60,574 bases of DNA, filler included, from Sphacelaria rigidula (GCA_964200075.2; 9 parts of 9 records of this genome joined end to end with filler, not necessarily neighbours in it); one strand, 5' to 3'. Counted from the first letter of the whole stretch, positions 40,278 through 53,269 are shown. A program made the numbers and translations. Notes: generated from the letters alone by a model not told the origin.

Positions 40278-40323
40278 CGTGTGTGTGTGTGTGTGTGTGT
40301 GGGTGTGTGTGTGTGTGTGTGTG
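40278..40323. repeat. (GT)n microsatellite
   Basis: About 22 GT units with one interruption. Confidence 0.95.
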
Positions 40324-40987
40324 ATTCCCGTGGAAGGGGGAAAATGATGAGNNNNNNNNNNNNNNNNNNNNNNNNNNNNNNNNNNNNNNNNNNNNTTAAT
40401 TAATTAANNNNNNNNNNNNNNNNNNNNNNNNNNNNNNNNNNNNNNNNNNNNCCTCAACCCTATTCCCAATCGTATCGAAGATTCTCAATCTCACGAAAAC
40501 ATTGTTATCTCGGAGTTAAACCTCAATTCGCACAATTTGTCGTTGATTGCTTATCCCTTTGACCGCGAGGGTAGGAGGTCTCTGAAACGGCATCATTCAT
40601 ACCCGAAAAATAAAGTGAATTATGCTGATTTATCAGATCGCTGACCCTTGCGGTCACTGTGCTAACCCCTTGACGGCGAGCAAAAGCCATCTGTTGAATC
40701 GGCTCCAATCTCACTTGAAAAACGTATGCATGAACAGATGGACTCGTACCCTTGCGGCCAACCGATCGAAAGAAACGAATCGGTCGATTATTGTAGACAC
40801 TGAACATTGATATTTGTTCTAACCATCCGACCAAGCGAACGAGGATATGTGTTGGCTTCTTTTCTTCCCATCGCGAAGAGTGAGGCAAAACATCACAACC
40901 TAATGATACGTGGCGCCATCCGTTTGAACAAGAATGTTACATAATAAGCGACACGGGATTGGCCAGCGGCGAGTTAGGCATATGACG

Positions 40988-41570
40988 TGAGTGAGCTACG
41001 AGCATGTGTCCCTGGGGTGAGCTACCGGGCGTAGCTCATCCGCTCATGCTTCCCCTGTGTGAGCTACAAGAGCTGTGTGAGCTACACATGTTTGCCTTGG
41101 GTGATCTATCGAGCGTAGCTCATCCGCATATGATTTCCCTGTGTGAGCTATGAGAGCTACATGAGCTGCACATCATGTTTGCCCTCTATGAGCTACCAAT
41201 CCGTAGCTCATCAGCTCATATTCGTCCTGGGTGAGCTATGGGAGCTATATGAGCTACGCACGTTTGCGATATAGGTGAGCTGCCAACCCGTAGCTCATCA
41301 GCTCATATTCGTCCTGGGTGAGCTATGAGAGCTGTATGAGCTACGCACGTTTGCGATATGTAAGCTACCAACCCGTAGCTCATCAGCTCATATCCGCCCT
41401 GGGTGAGCTATGAGAGCTGCATGAGCTACGCATGTTTGCCCTGTGTGAGATACCAACTCGTAGCTCATCAGCGCACGTTTACCTTGTGTTGAGCTATCGG
41501 ACGTAGCTCACATGTACATGTTTGACTGCAAATAAGCTACCGCCCGCAGATGAGCTAGCTCATGAGCTGT
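40988..41570. repeat. GAGCTA-rich tandem minisatellite (~78-82-bp period, ~7 units)
   Basis: Repeating unit GTGAGCTATGAGAGCT...ATGAGCTAC...GTAGCTCATCAGCTCATA with internal GAGCTAC/GTAGCTC inverted motifs. Confidence 0.9.
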
Positions 41571-43012
41571 CCTACGAGTGAATATATGTTGTTCAAAAAT
41601 AGACTCTGTAAATCCTCACCCCGCTTGGTATGGAAGTGAGCAGATGGCGGTGGCAACTGGTGTGTGTCCAGGTGCCCCTTGGAGTTGGAAATCGCCGAAA
41701 TGTTCAATTGCAAACTCTGCTCCAGTTCACTGTAAGTTGACATTGCTGGAAGGACACTACCATAACCACCTTGCCAGTTGCCAGACTTTCACAGACTCTC
41801 AGGACGTAAGATCCGCTAGCATTGCAACTGTCTGTACGGGGGTGTTTCCTCCTTGTCAGGTACGTTTTGGAGCATAATACTGGATGAAGATCACCCTTCC
41901 TTGTACATGGGCACCAAACGCTGGGCTTGTCACTGAAGAGTTCGATTTGGAACATGATAATAGGTAGGTAGCGGCAACTGCTGTGTGTCCAGGTGCCCAT
42001 TGGAGCAGGATGCGTTTGGTGTCCGTTCGACGAAGTTATCTCCAAGAAACCGAAATCGATGAGGGTTTTAGAATGGAAAAATCTAATAAAAAAAACTATC
42101 GCAAGGATCCGGTCGCAAGAATCACGACGCAAAAAAACTATTGCAAGCATCCGATCGCAAGAATCACGACGCAAAAACGGAGTGGCAAAAACCCTCTTGG
42201 TCGAATTTTCCCCCGCAGCAGAAACCAAATTCACTTGGTGAAATTGGAATCGGTGCCGAATCAGTGCAGCTCTGCTGTACATGCCCAAGAAGCCAGATTT
42301 GCGCAAAATCGTGGCATATCGGAAGTTGACGTCCAGACAATCGGACATATGAGCTGGGTTCCTCCTAGTGAGCCAAGCAACCTCCCCCGAAGAACTCAGG
42401 GTCCAGAAGCCAATCCACGGGCTAATCGCCGGCAAAATAGCTAAATCTGCAGATTTGTACGCACGCAGATTAGTTCTCCACACACGACCGTTTCGTGATC
42501 GTATCCGACGGAGGTTGAGTAGCGATTTCGGAATGCTTCCTCCAGTTTGAGGGGCGGGAGGGCAGCAATCCCCCGCCCACCCCCTTCGAGATTAATCCGT
42601 ACGATGGCAATCTCACCCCCGGTACTCGCCTAATGATTCACTGTCGAGCAACGGGTCAGCACTTGCAGCAGTGTGCCGACTTCCGTCAACTATGTTTGCT
42701 TTCTCACGTCCTTACGCTTTCGGGCGGCGGAAACCGCTGACACTCCAACTCATGAAAACTCAGCCGTTGATTCACGAGTTCGACCACCGGAGCACGGCGG
42801 GTAGCTTTATTGTAGAAGAAATGCTGCCACCTATGTTGTTTCTACTATTCTTTGCAATAGATGGCCCATTTACACCGCACGGAAGAAGTGCGTCACAACG
42901 CAAACGTCTGCTGTGTTGAAGGAAACCATTGGCCTCGAGTTGTGTCCACGTCTCTGATGTTTCAGCATCAGTTCCGGTAGCCAACATAAGTTCCTCATGC
43001 GCTGCGTAGGTC

Positions 43013-43271
43013 GGTCGTCCCGGTGGCTCAGTTGGTAACCTCGAAACCTTCTAATGGTTGGGTCGTGGGTTCGAAATTCGGAGCGATCAGGGTTTTTCTC
43101 ACACGCACTGCCAAACAGTGGAGAGCGACATGTCGTGTGTACACAACATTCGACTCGATGGTCGACGAGGGAAAGGAACTGCTGTGAACCCCTCTCGAGA
43201 TAAAAAAGAAAGGCAAGCACCGCAGCACTGCAGAAGGCAGGCGGAGAGGGAAATATATATATATATATATA
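43013..43271 (+). mobile_element. tRNA-derived SINE, family B
   Basis: A box TGGCTCAGTTGG, CTTCTAAT anticodon-like remnant, B box GGTTCGAAATT, ~170-bp body and (TA)n tail; second head at 47038-47092. Confidence 0.78.
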
Positions 43272-43598
43272 CATGTATTTTTTTGAACATGTTGACCTTC
43301 CTCCTGTGTAACCCCGGCTGGTGCGTCCACGTATACCGAAAGGTGTAGACCGGCGTCCAGAGTGGATAGGATGACAACACATACTACGTAGCAAAATAGC
43401 GCACCTCTCACCAAGCACTCATTACAATTTGCAAACCGCCGGAATCGACCACCGTACTCCATTTTTAGCGTGCATTACTGAAGAAAAAACGCTGTCGACA
43501 TCTTTCTTAGATCCCCTCTTCTATTTGTTGTTCATCACACTACATCGCTCACTAAAATATTCATCATAATCATGAACCCTCCCGCAATAGACCATACT

Positions 43599-44813
43599 CT
43601 ATTCAAAGCCTGCATCGCTGACGGTCGCGTACTCCGCAGCCAAAGCAGCAAGCACGCTCTGCGCCCCGTTGCTTTTTCCATCCCCACCAATCCCTCCCAT
43701 TCCAACAAGGCTAAGTCGATACATGGACTTGAACACAGTCGACCTCTTCAGCAAATGTTGGGAATCTCGTACGGCATTGTTTGCTCCCACCCCCCCACTC
43801 GCCATCCCTTCCTTCACGTAACGGTGAGCAGCACCAACACCTTCGGTTATTGCCGACGATGACAAATGTGATTCTGCTGGCGCCGCCGCCGTTTCGGCAG
43901 CTGATGGCGATACACTGAGAACAGATTTGCCTCCCGTGGTGTCACCGCCGCCACCAATCCCCACAGATGGCGGAGCCGAAGAGGACGGTGATGGCGACTT
44001 TTCAAATTCTATCGCAGTGCGAACGAGCCCCTGAAGCACCTTCGGCAGTCGCTCTATCACGCCCTCCAGGAGTCGTTTCAAGCGCAATGCTCCCGGAGAC
44101 ACGAACGGCTGTGCCCCCTGCTCATGTGCCGCTGTGGCAGGGGTCCCCATGCCTTTAGCGGTAGCCGTAGTAGCGGCAGCAACGCCTCGGTCGGTCCTCG
44201 TATCAGCCCTCGTAGCCGCCACTGCTGCAGAAGAAACGGTACTGTCAACTCCGGCCCCGGAGAACACCGATTGTGTCTCGAGCAAGGAACGTAACGCCCC
44301 TTCCAAGCATCGACACCGGACAACGGCCGCAGGACGCAGCAGGGACGACGAGAATATGTCCGCAGTCGTCGACGCTGTTTCCCCCGCAACCCCCACCCCT
44401 GTCTTCGATCTTTCTCGCTCTGAAAACCCGGGAATAGGCACCTCAACAGTAGCAGCGGTTGAGGTTCCGTCAACATTACTACTAATGCGTCCCATACCCT
44501 CAACCCCGCCCCGGCCCCCTCCTGCTACTGCTTCTCCCCCTGTACCACCCCCAGACAGAGATGCACCCGCACCTGCCCCATCTCCCATCGATGCCAACGA
44601 CATATAAAGATCGCACAAGTCGAGAGCTAGAATGATGGACGTTGGGCCACGCTCAAAGGGCCCGAAGTAGGCACGAGCGGCAAGGAAATGCTGTATTGCA
44701 CGTTGCCCGACCTCCCACGCTTTCAGATTATGCAGCTTTGCACTACTGTTATCCGAGCCGGAGCCCAAGCTGCTGCGATATGCTGGGAAAACCTTGGCGT
44801 AGTATTGACCAAT
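43599..44813 (-). CDS. Terminal exon of an EDRF1-like (erythroid differentiation-related factor 1 family) protein
   Basis: Acceptor TTTTCGCAG then IGQYYAKVF..., open to TAG at 43599; in frame with the upstream exon ending AAACHYQ. Family assignment is from recalled motif similarity. Confidence 0.65.
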   Translation of the reverse strand: MGQYYAKVFPAYRSSLGSGSDNSSAKLHNLKAWEVGQRAIQHFLAARAYFGPFERGPTSIILALDLCDLYMSLASMGDGAGAGASLSGGGTGGEAVAGGGRGGVEGMGRISSNVDGTSTAATVEVPIPGFSERERSKTGVGVAGETASTTADIFSSSLLRPAAVVRCRCLEGALRSLLETQSVFSGAGVDSTVSSAAVAATRADTRTDRGVAAATTATAKGMGTPATAAHEQGAQPFVSPGALRLKRLLEGVIERLPKVLQGLVRTAIEFEKSPSPSSSAPPSVGIGGGGDTTGGKSVLSVSPSAAETAAAPAESHLSSSAITEGVGAAHRYVKEGMASGGVGANNAVRDSQHLLKRSTVFKSMYRLSLVGMGGIGGDGKSNGAQSVLAALAAEYATVSDAGFE

Positions 44814-45641
44814 CTGCGAAAGACGCAGGAAGATAGGTGATGCGTCCGGGTCGGAAGTACGACAGGGAAGGGAGTCGACGAGGATTGAGAATCATTGTGG
44901 AATCCTACCCTCTACATGATATCTCCCATTCAGGGATTTTCATCGAAGAAGTAACCATAGTGCTGTACCAAGTCAAGAGCATGTTCGACCAAGCGAAATG
45001 TTCAACACAACCGCTTATGGTTGTCACGGCACGCGAGAAGAATCGTCAGATACGTGCCAAAAGCGAGAATCGCCATCTTGAAAGTATCGACGTTTTCGGT
45101 GAGCACACCGTTCGGATAATGTAGCCATCGTCGACGCGTACGGAAGTAGACGTAAACATGGTCGTTTGGTAGGGGGTAGTGCACGGTGAGGTCGCCGTCT
45201 TGATTTTGGTCGCGAGATCAGCAGTTCAGCACACGAATGCACAAGTCATTGTACCCGCAACCATCGATAACCGGAAAATGAGCCAGAACTTCCTCGCGAG
45301 ATGACCTCGCGTATTACAAAGCCACGGTGCGACGACGCCAGCAACAGTCCAACATGCACTTCTTCTCGCTGAGGTATAGCGGGATGCTTTCCCGCGTACT
45401 CCGATAGGCCATCAAGCACAAGAATAGACCACGATCGATTAGCGTGCGGTCCAACTGTCGAACGGTGCATGGAAGTACACGTAGTCACCATCAAGCGTAC
45501 ATACGCAGATGCTACCGCCCGTACATAGAAACGAAACTATGACTTTCATACAACGGACGAGCACTGCTGAGAAATAGAAAAGAAACATGTATGTATCGAA
45601 CGACAGCAACACTCACAAACCGAAAACACGGAGTCCCGCAC

Positions 45642-45919
45642 CTGATAATGACACGCAGCAGCTTGAGAGGCGTTCGTCATGTCCGAGTAAATCTGGAGGG
45701 CTCGTTCCAAAGGCTCAACGACACCCCGAGCTTGTCTCACGCTGGGAGCGTTGTTTGATTGCGCAAGGGCCGCCAATAACTCTTGTCTACGTTCCACGCC
45801 CAGACAGAGGTATGCCATGGCTAGCTCTCCGCTTGTGTGATCCCAAGTGCGTGGATCAACTTCTCGGCGACCGAGGGTAGCGTGGGCTTCTCCGCAAAAT
45901 TCGATCGCTGCTTCCGCAC
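45642..45919 (-). CDS. Internal exon of the EDRF1-like protein
   Basis: CAG acceptor at 45920-45922 and GTGCGG donor; TWDHTSGELAMAYL...ERALQIY...QAAACHYQ resembles the EDRF1 C-terminal helical region. Confidence 0.68.
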
Positions 45920-46032
45920 CTGCCCCCCCCCCACATACATGCACAAGAACAGACCGCGACAACGTTCAACGAAAAAAACTTTCAGCACCTGGGGCTCGGG
46001 AACGACCAAAAGCGCGTTTTGGTGGCTGGTTA

Positions 46033-46374
46033 GGCCTCATGTTATGGCAAACAGATTTTCGGCCCACGGATTGTTCACTTTCATGACGTTTGACCCACCT
46101 TTTGACGCCCAAGCCGAAAAAACCGCCGACACACGTCTCGGACACTTTACATCACCCCACAGAGAAAAGCCTAGTCTGCTTTTCAGATTCGCTTGGCTCC
46201 GAGGTTCGATTTTTTTTTTTCTGAAAAGCAGACTAGGCTCCTCCCTGTGGGGTGATGCAAAATGTCCGAGACGTGTGTTTGCGGTTTTCTAGTTTTGGGG
46301 GTCAAAAGGTGGGTCAAACGCCATAAAAGAGAGCAATCCGTGGGCCAAAAATCTGTGTGCCATAACATCCGGCC
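46033..46374. mobile_element. PIF/Harbinger (Tourist-like) fold-back MITE
   Basis: ~155-bp imperfect TIRs with GGCC termini, short central spacer, and TTA on both flanks (46030-46032, 46375-46377). Confidence 0.85.
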
Positions 46375-47037
46375 TTAGTGGATGGAATGACTGTGAGAAT
46401 CAGCTGCGAAAAATGGCGTGCAGGCAATTGTGGCTCGCATTCCATATCGGTCAAAGTACACCAATACAGTACAGCACGACACGACACGGTTCCCCACTGC
46501 TTGTTGGTGCTTCCTCGTTAGCGTTGTACAATTGGGGGTGGGGACATAACTAAAAAACACAAGGCGGGGGACTCAGGAGCTCTAGAGATAGTTTTCCTCA
46601 CAAAAACCGTGTAACTGGAGAAATACATTGCAAGTTCCATGCTCGAATCAAATCATTCTCCCGGCCCGACCTGCTCTCAACACCGTGCCTACACCGCCTT
46701 CGGCGCGGTAGCATCAGTTACTGAGTACGTTCTCAAAGTTAATGAAGCAACATATAACAGCTAGATGTTTTTCGCCCGCTGCATCGTCTTTTGCCGACTG
46801 CCGCTTTTATTGGTCGAGTACCAGTCGGGGAAACACACACACACAGCAGTGAACACCGTGTCCACACGATATTGTGAGAGCCACATGCCCCGAAGGAGAA
46901 AAAACGATTTCAATCGGAACTCGCTGCTTATGCACAGGATCAACGTGGACGTCATGAATGACACGAGTCGCGCTTTTACTCTCCGTAGATTTTTGCACAG
47001 GGGTGTCTTCGTTCGCGGTGTATATGATATCGTATCC

Positions 47038-47092
47038 GGTCGTCCCGGTGGCTCAGTTGGTAACCTCGTAACCTTCTGATGGTTGAGTTGTG
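47038..47092 (+). mobile_element. SINE family B head, truncated at contig end
   Basis: GGTCGTCCCGGTGGCTCAGTTGGTAACCTCG is near-identical to the head at 43013. Confidence 0.75.
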
Positions 47093-47598
47093 NNNNNNNN
47101 NNNNNNNNNNNNNNNNNNNNNNNNNNNNNNNNNNNNTTAATTAATTAANNNNNNNNNNNNNNNNNNNNNNNNNNNNNNNNNNNNNNNNNNNNCGCCCCCC
47201 CCCGGGGGGGGGGGGGGGGGGGGTATAAACCGTTTTCCAGTCTGTAGGGCCCCTTGGCCAGGAAAACCTCTTCCACCGACATTATTAAAAAAGACCAATT
47301 TCTGGGCGACACAAATAGAGTTGAACCGGGGCGGTCGCACGGCATAACCGCCGCCGCGATAGATACAACGGGGGAGGCGGGAGGCAGCAATGCGTTGTTA
47401 CCACTCTGGTTATCATCTACAAGTAATATACTGTAGCTCACATACCGTGCTAGGTAACACTCGTCAATTCACTCGTGATACCTTAATTTCAACCTCTTCC
47501 TGCTACCGGACGGACAGCACATGAACGCGGCTACTCGGCACAAAAGCGCCGGCATATTTAGGCCGTGTCTCGTCGGGCTGAGAAAATACAGCCAAGAA

Positions 47599-47699
47599 CA
47601 AAGCTAGCGGCCAGAAGCAGCACGTTGATTGGTCATGCCGCCGCGACGGGACGCGGCGGAATTGGTCAACCAATATGCTGCTTTTGGGTGCTCGCTTTG
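47599..47699. repeat. Hairpin homologous to 14090-14186
   Basis: GCAGCACGTTGATTGGTC ... ACCAATATGCTGCTTTTGG. Confidence 0.7.
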
Positions 47700-48121
47700 C
47701 CCTTGACTGTACTGCGTTAAGATGGGCCCTTAGACCTTACATTGCCTAGTCAAAGCTACCAAGTACCTGTGCCATGCCGTACTGCACTGTCTGAACAGTG
47801 GGTACTGTACAGTTGTACTACTCCGTATTTCTCGGCATCTTACCATCTTGTCCAGTATTTTCACCGATATATATATGTAATATATGTATGTAAAGACCTT
47901 GAATTCTCAATAGTTTCCCATTCATCGAAGCACATTAATGAGATCACCTCAATGACGTCCAGGTTCTGCAGCGTGATTGGGTGACCACAGTAGTGCAGTG
48001 CTGAATTCAATCGACTTTGGATAACTCATCATCCGGATGATGGGGGTGTTATACTACGTCATACACGGCAACACGGTAAGTTAACCGCTGGTCAACCCTG
48101 TCCGTACATACACTTTCTGAC

Positions 48122-48433
48122 CTTTGCGAGACCCCGAACCGGCTCCTTCTCGAGTAATTCCTTCAACCCCTTCTTGCTGTTGTCCTTGATGAATAGGCAC
48201 ATCTCGCAGTCGTCCTGTTTGCGCAAGGGGTGCGGTATCGGTATACGCATGGGCTTGGCGCCCACGTTTTCAGGTATCTTGTGCAGGGAGAGCTGCGCTA
48301 ATATCACCTCTCCTTCGTCCTCCAGTAGGCTTAGTTTCTGTCCATCATCCGCATTACTTTTGACATGCTTAAGAAGGGCAGCCGCAGCGCGGCGTACTTG
48401 TGCTTCATCTAGTCTGTTCTGCTTTTCCGGCAT
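48122..48433 (-). CDS. RSL1D1: Exon 1 of a ribosomal L1 domain-containing protein (RSL1D1/Cic1/Utp30 family)
   Basis: MPEKQNRLDEAQVRRAAAALLKHV...KPMRIPIPHPL...EMCLFIKD...GLAK followed by donor GTCAGA; typical family N-terminus. Confidence 0.88.
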
Positions 48434-48678
48434 AGTTACAGATAGCCACAAGACCACCACGGTTGCAGTGCAAAGTACTCTCAGTCAAGTAGCTGGCTCA
48501 TGGCATGGTGTGCGCGCCCACCCATGTTGAGAAGTATGACGTATAGCATACGCGAAATGATGTTTCGGAACAGTTCTCGGCCAGGGGAGATGTTGTGAGC
48601 GCCTCGTTGGTCTGTCCCCGTTTACCGACTTCAGAACAGTGCATACATACGCGTGTGTGGCCTGCTTCAAGTAGTGAG
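48434..48678. promoter_or_regulatory. Candidate bidirectional promoter
   Basis: Only 245 bp separate the divergent start codons. Confidence 0.55.
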
Positions 48679-48930
48679 ATGGTATCGTTGCATTCAACTA
48701 GGAATAAAATACGAACTACTACCGTTGTGTGTATCTCGTTTCTTCTACTTGTGACAGCAACACTAGTGCAGTGCCTGGGACGGGGTACTGCCTCGCTGTT
48801 CGAGCTATCGGAACATGTTCAGGAGCTCAACGAGGAGTCTCTTGCAGCTATCCAGGACGACCCTGATCAGCGCTGGGCCATCAACGCGTATTCTCCGGGG
48901 TGTCCGCACTGTCGGCGGTTTGCTCCCAAG
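48679..48930 (+). CDS. Exon 1 of a secreted thioredoxin-domain protein, QSOX-like sulfhydryl oxidase
   Basis: Hydrophobic signal segment, then YSPGCPHCRRFAPK (CxxC) and donor GTCAGT. Confidence 0.85.
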
Positions 48931-51356
48931 GTCAGTTGGTTGCGCTATACTGTCGACACATTTGTTTTCGGCCATCGTCGGTACTGTGCGTGCTTGGTAC
49001 ATTCCTCCGCTCTTCGGCATTGGCTCTTGAGTTCTAATGCTGGTTTTATACTGCTGTAAGCAACTACTCGTGGGAGTGTCGAGTGTTGGGTTGCAATCAG
49101 GCAGAGCGTGGCCACCCCCCAACTTCGAGAACCCCAGCTAGTTGTAAATATTGATATCAGTCCCTTCGACGCCAAATGGCGGAAATGGTCCCTAGATTGA
49201 TCACCGTCTACACGGGGTCCGAATAGTTTTTGTATTGACGCTCGCGACAGATGTCGGCAGAGAGCGTCCGTCGTAACGAATGAGCTGGTCCCTGGTTATT
49301 GCCATCGATTTGTCCAAACAAACAACACGTATCAAGGCCGACGAAGTATCTGAACAATCGTGTACCTCCTTAGCGCCCGCGACCAACTGGGTGATCCGGT
49401 AATCGCGCTATTTCTTGGAGAAAAGAATGTGGGTGCAGATTACTGGTATATTTATCTTTATCTTTCGTGATGGTTTTGACTACTATCAGGATTGTAACCT
49501 GACATGAATAAGAGGGAGGGTTGTTCTTTTTTATCGGTCGTGTCTTCCGAAGGTTCAGCAACATATAGCCGCTGATGAAAGCAGGGGCTTGTGAAAAGGC
49601 AAGCTCATCACTTCGGTGCCATGCGTTTCCCTTGTGTGCTTGTCAACATTTGCTCGTCCTGCTCAAATGGCTGTTGGGGGTGAGGGAAAAAATTCGGTAG
49701 ACCTCTGGCCCAAAATCCAGACGGCACCCAACCACGCCCGCACGCGCAGCCTGCAGCACGTATGCCCCGCACCGAACATACCGCGCCCTTTGACCCTTAG
49801 GCCGCGAGCGTCGCCTCGCAACACTTTCGCTGGCTGACAGTCCAGGGACATGCAGGGGTTTCCAGCCGGCGTGAGGGGTGCTTTTCCAGGGGTGGGTGGG
49901 TGCCTGTTCCCAGGTCACCGTAGAAGCTTACAGTACCAACCACACGTGCTTGTAACCTTCCGCAGGGAAATTCCAAACCACAATGGGAGCCTAAACTGAA
50001 GGGAGTGACGATTGTAATAGTGCTGATTGGTCACTTTGGTCAGTTCGTTTCCCCACGGGATCCCTGAGGACCCTTACTTCGCGGTGTAGCCGTATTTGGC
50101 CATTTGGAAATCGGCCTCTTCACCGTGGAAAAACACAAGCAAGCGAGTTATTTTTTGCTCCATGCGCAGACTTCGCGCCCTGCCTGGCCCTTGTTTTGCT
50201 GCTGCGATAGCTGCACACTTTAGCTCTCTTGTGGAACACTACGCGGGTATGGGAATAACGTGCTGTATACTGTGTGCAGTGGAGAGCGGTCGCAAGCTGA
50301 CTGTTTTTATAACGTCTCGTGCAGCCGCTGATGGGAAACGTTGCATGTGTGATACAGTACAGCAGCAGCAGCAGCAGCAGCAGTAATACAAAGAGTAGAG
50401 AAGTAAGTGCACTTGATATTATGTGCCATGCCTGCAAGATCGAACATGCTCGACGAGGTGTGCTAGCACCCTCTCGAAAGTACGCGACTGCGAAATCATA
50501 ATAGGGAGGGATTGATATCTTTGCTCCAGTGCCTGGCACAGCACCCCAGCGTACACCACACGCAAAGAAGGCATGGCAGCATGCACCCTACGAGAAAGGC
50601 TCAGCGAAGGCGTGTAGACACTGCACATCCAATTGGTTTGTGGCTCAGAACTGGTCAGGGGTTTCCCAGCCGTAGTCTTACATCATTGACGCTCTCAAGG
50701 GAGATCTCGAAAAAAAGGAATCAAGTAGAGGGCGAACACCCGTAATGTGAAAGCGAGAAGGAAAAAAAGGGAAGGAACGCAAGTGTTGCTGGATAAAACC
50801 CGGAATTGTCGTTGGGTCTTTGTCATTTGTCATTTCGCTCCGTTTTGACAGGACCTCAGGGCCTCCGGATCAATGTCAGGTGCTAGTCTGTTTCTCCGGT
50901 CGTTTTGAGGAATCAGGAAGTGTTTTCCTACACAAGTGCTCCTACATGAACCCCCAGGTTGCCGGTGTTTGAGTGTTCTTATTCCACTCTCTTCGAAGGA
51001 ATTCTTGGGGTGAGCTTTCCCCAGAATGTCACCACGTAGAATAAACCACTGTGGTGAATCTTTTGCGGCATAGACACCTTCGGGTAAACCATCTTATTTT
51101 CACAAGTTCGACGAACACAAAGTCCGCGTGGAATGCCCTGTCGATTTTTTTATCTTAGTCCATGTTGGTCCCTTCTTGCTGTCACTTTATCACACAGGAA
51201 GCATCCGCGGTTTACATTGGCATTTGCCACCCAAAGTCACAGGGAGCGTCTCTCACCTCTAACTTGGAAATCTGAGAGGTCAACTCCGGCGAATTGTTCC
51301 CATATATCGGGGCCTTGCAGTAATACTTTCACGTTTGAGTTGGGAAATGATTTTCC

Positions 51357-51689
51357 AAGGACAGGCCGAGCAGAGTATACTCAATACTCGGTATTTTTGA
51401 AACGTCAAACTTTTAGTACCCACAAATTGAGTAGAGTATTTGAGGTCATACTCAATCTACCCAAAATTTGTGGAGAGCATTGAGGTCATACCCGAGTGAT
51501 ACTCTATACTCGAGTATTACTGAGAGTACTTATCCGAAATGGAGTAGAGTATTTGAGGTCATAACCAATTTACTCAAAATTTGAGCAAAGTATTGAGGCC
51601 GAACCCAATCTACCAAAAATTGGGTAGAGTAATTGCTCGGGTATTGCACCCGAGTATTCAAAAGCACATACTCTACTCGACCTGCCCTT
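51357..51689. mobile_element. hAT-like MITE in the QSOX-like intron
   Basis: Imperfect 22-bp TIRs AAGGACAGGCCGAGCAGAGTAT / ATACTCTACTCGACCTGCCCTT, internal GAGTA(G/T) motifs, and TGATTTT on both flanks (degenerate 8-9-bp TSD). Confidence 0.7.
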
Positions 51690-53269
51690 TGATTTTTTAC
51701 ACAAACTGTCCCTAAATGACGTTCGAGTTCACCGTTTGACTGGTTTTTTCTTCTCTTGCTCGGCTCCTCAACCCATAGGATCTCCGACCGCAGAAATTAG
51801 TCGGCAACTCAAATAAATCGGTGAAATCGAGTGGAACTAAGGTCACTGTAAAACTCGGCGACCTAGGGTTTGCCATTAGGAAGACACGCGTGAAAATTAA
51901 TTTCCCGTCTTCGATATTACAATCGACACAAGAAATTAAACCGAATGTGCCACCTGACCCCCTTGTGGACCAGCCTGTAACTTATTCGCGGAACACGTTC
52001 AGGTTTGCCCCCATCCCTCACGCAGATTTCATTATTCAGGAGACAAAATTTGACATGTTTCGTGAAGATAGGTGCCAGGGACCCCCAGAAACCGTTGAAA
52101 CTGAAAGGAGTTTGAAAGTACTCAAGAACGGGCGACCTTGGACTTCCCTCCACGAACAAGCCTGTAAAAGTTCGTTCCCCGAAACTTCATTCGCGACAGC
52201 GTGAGAAAATGAATGCCGGCTGAACTTCTAAATTCCTGCCCAGACCAACTTGTACCACAAAATTACCCCTGTTTACTTTTATCCTGCAACTCGTTGACTT
52301 GTTCGGTGCTTGTTGGTCATGCGTGACTACCGCGGTGGAAACGTTTCGCGCAACGTGTATGTAGCCCTGATCACGGCCACAGTCGAGTCGTTTGCAGGCA
52401 ATGGGTGTGCCTCTCCCAGTGTGTAGCTGCGACACCTTACTTGGACAACTTTGTGTCTTCTACGCTTTTTGCCGGGTTTTCCGTGTACATATGAGTTTCT
52501 TGTTATTAATAGTTGGGCACAAGACGGATCAGCCTCTAAGTCGGGCAGCCAAAAGTCCTGGGGTCAGCCACGAACAGTTCCTGCTGTAGTTGTACTGCAC
52601 CATACCACGCACGTGTCTACACCACACTGGGGACTCTCACAGTAGTAAAACACGATTTTGATGGAGTGCTGCGAGAGCCCCGGGCCCTGAAGGGTCAGTA
52701 TAAGAGCATGTAGGAAAAAATTGACGCGAGACTCGTACAGTATTGCGAGTCAAGTGGCAAGCATCACACTATGGGCCGGTTCGTGTTTTGGACGTTCTTC
52801 TCCCACCTGTGTAGTCCTTCCTGCCAGCGGCTTGTGGCTGAATAGTTTTTGCGTGCATAAGGTTTCATGTAAATATCATAATTCGTTTTGATTTGCATTT
52901 TCAAAAATGGTGTAGTGTACTTGAATCGGGAATTGGGTGGCAATTGCGTACATGGTGTCTGAAGTCTCTTCAGGGGGGTATAGGGCGGTGTACCGCAGCA
53001 CATTTCAGTGCAACATGCTGTGAAATACGTGTATCGTAGGGTCGTGCACCGCTAGTTTTTACGGCAGGCAGTATTATCGTACTAGCAAGTACGCTACTAC
53101 ATGATCTTATGAGGTCTAAAGGTGATGCTATCAGATATATAAACTTGAAAGATTGTTGTTGTTTTTTCCCCGCGACACAAAAAACAAAGCCTGCAACAGG
53201 TCTACGAATGCGCTGTGATGTAACACATCCCTTTTGCCGCCCTCGTGGTTTATTGTACCTATTTCGCAG

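Noticed and set aside
40988..41570. CRISPR-like array
   Set aside because: Whole units repeat with no unique spacers, no cas genes are present, and the context is eukaryotic.
43013..43090. Possible amber-suppressor tRNA (AACC-TTCTAAT-GGTT gives a CTA anticodon)
   Set aside because: D-arm and T-stem do not pair properly, the second copy has a different loop (TTCTGAT), and a SINE body and (TA)n tail follow. CTTCTAAT is better read as an Arg-TCT remnant.
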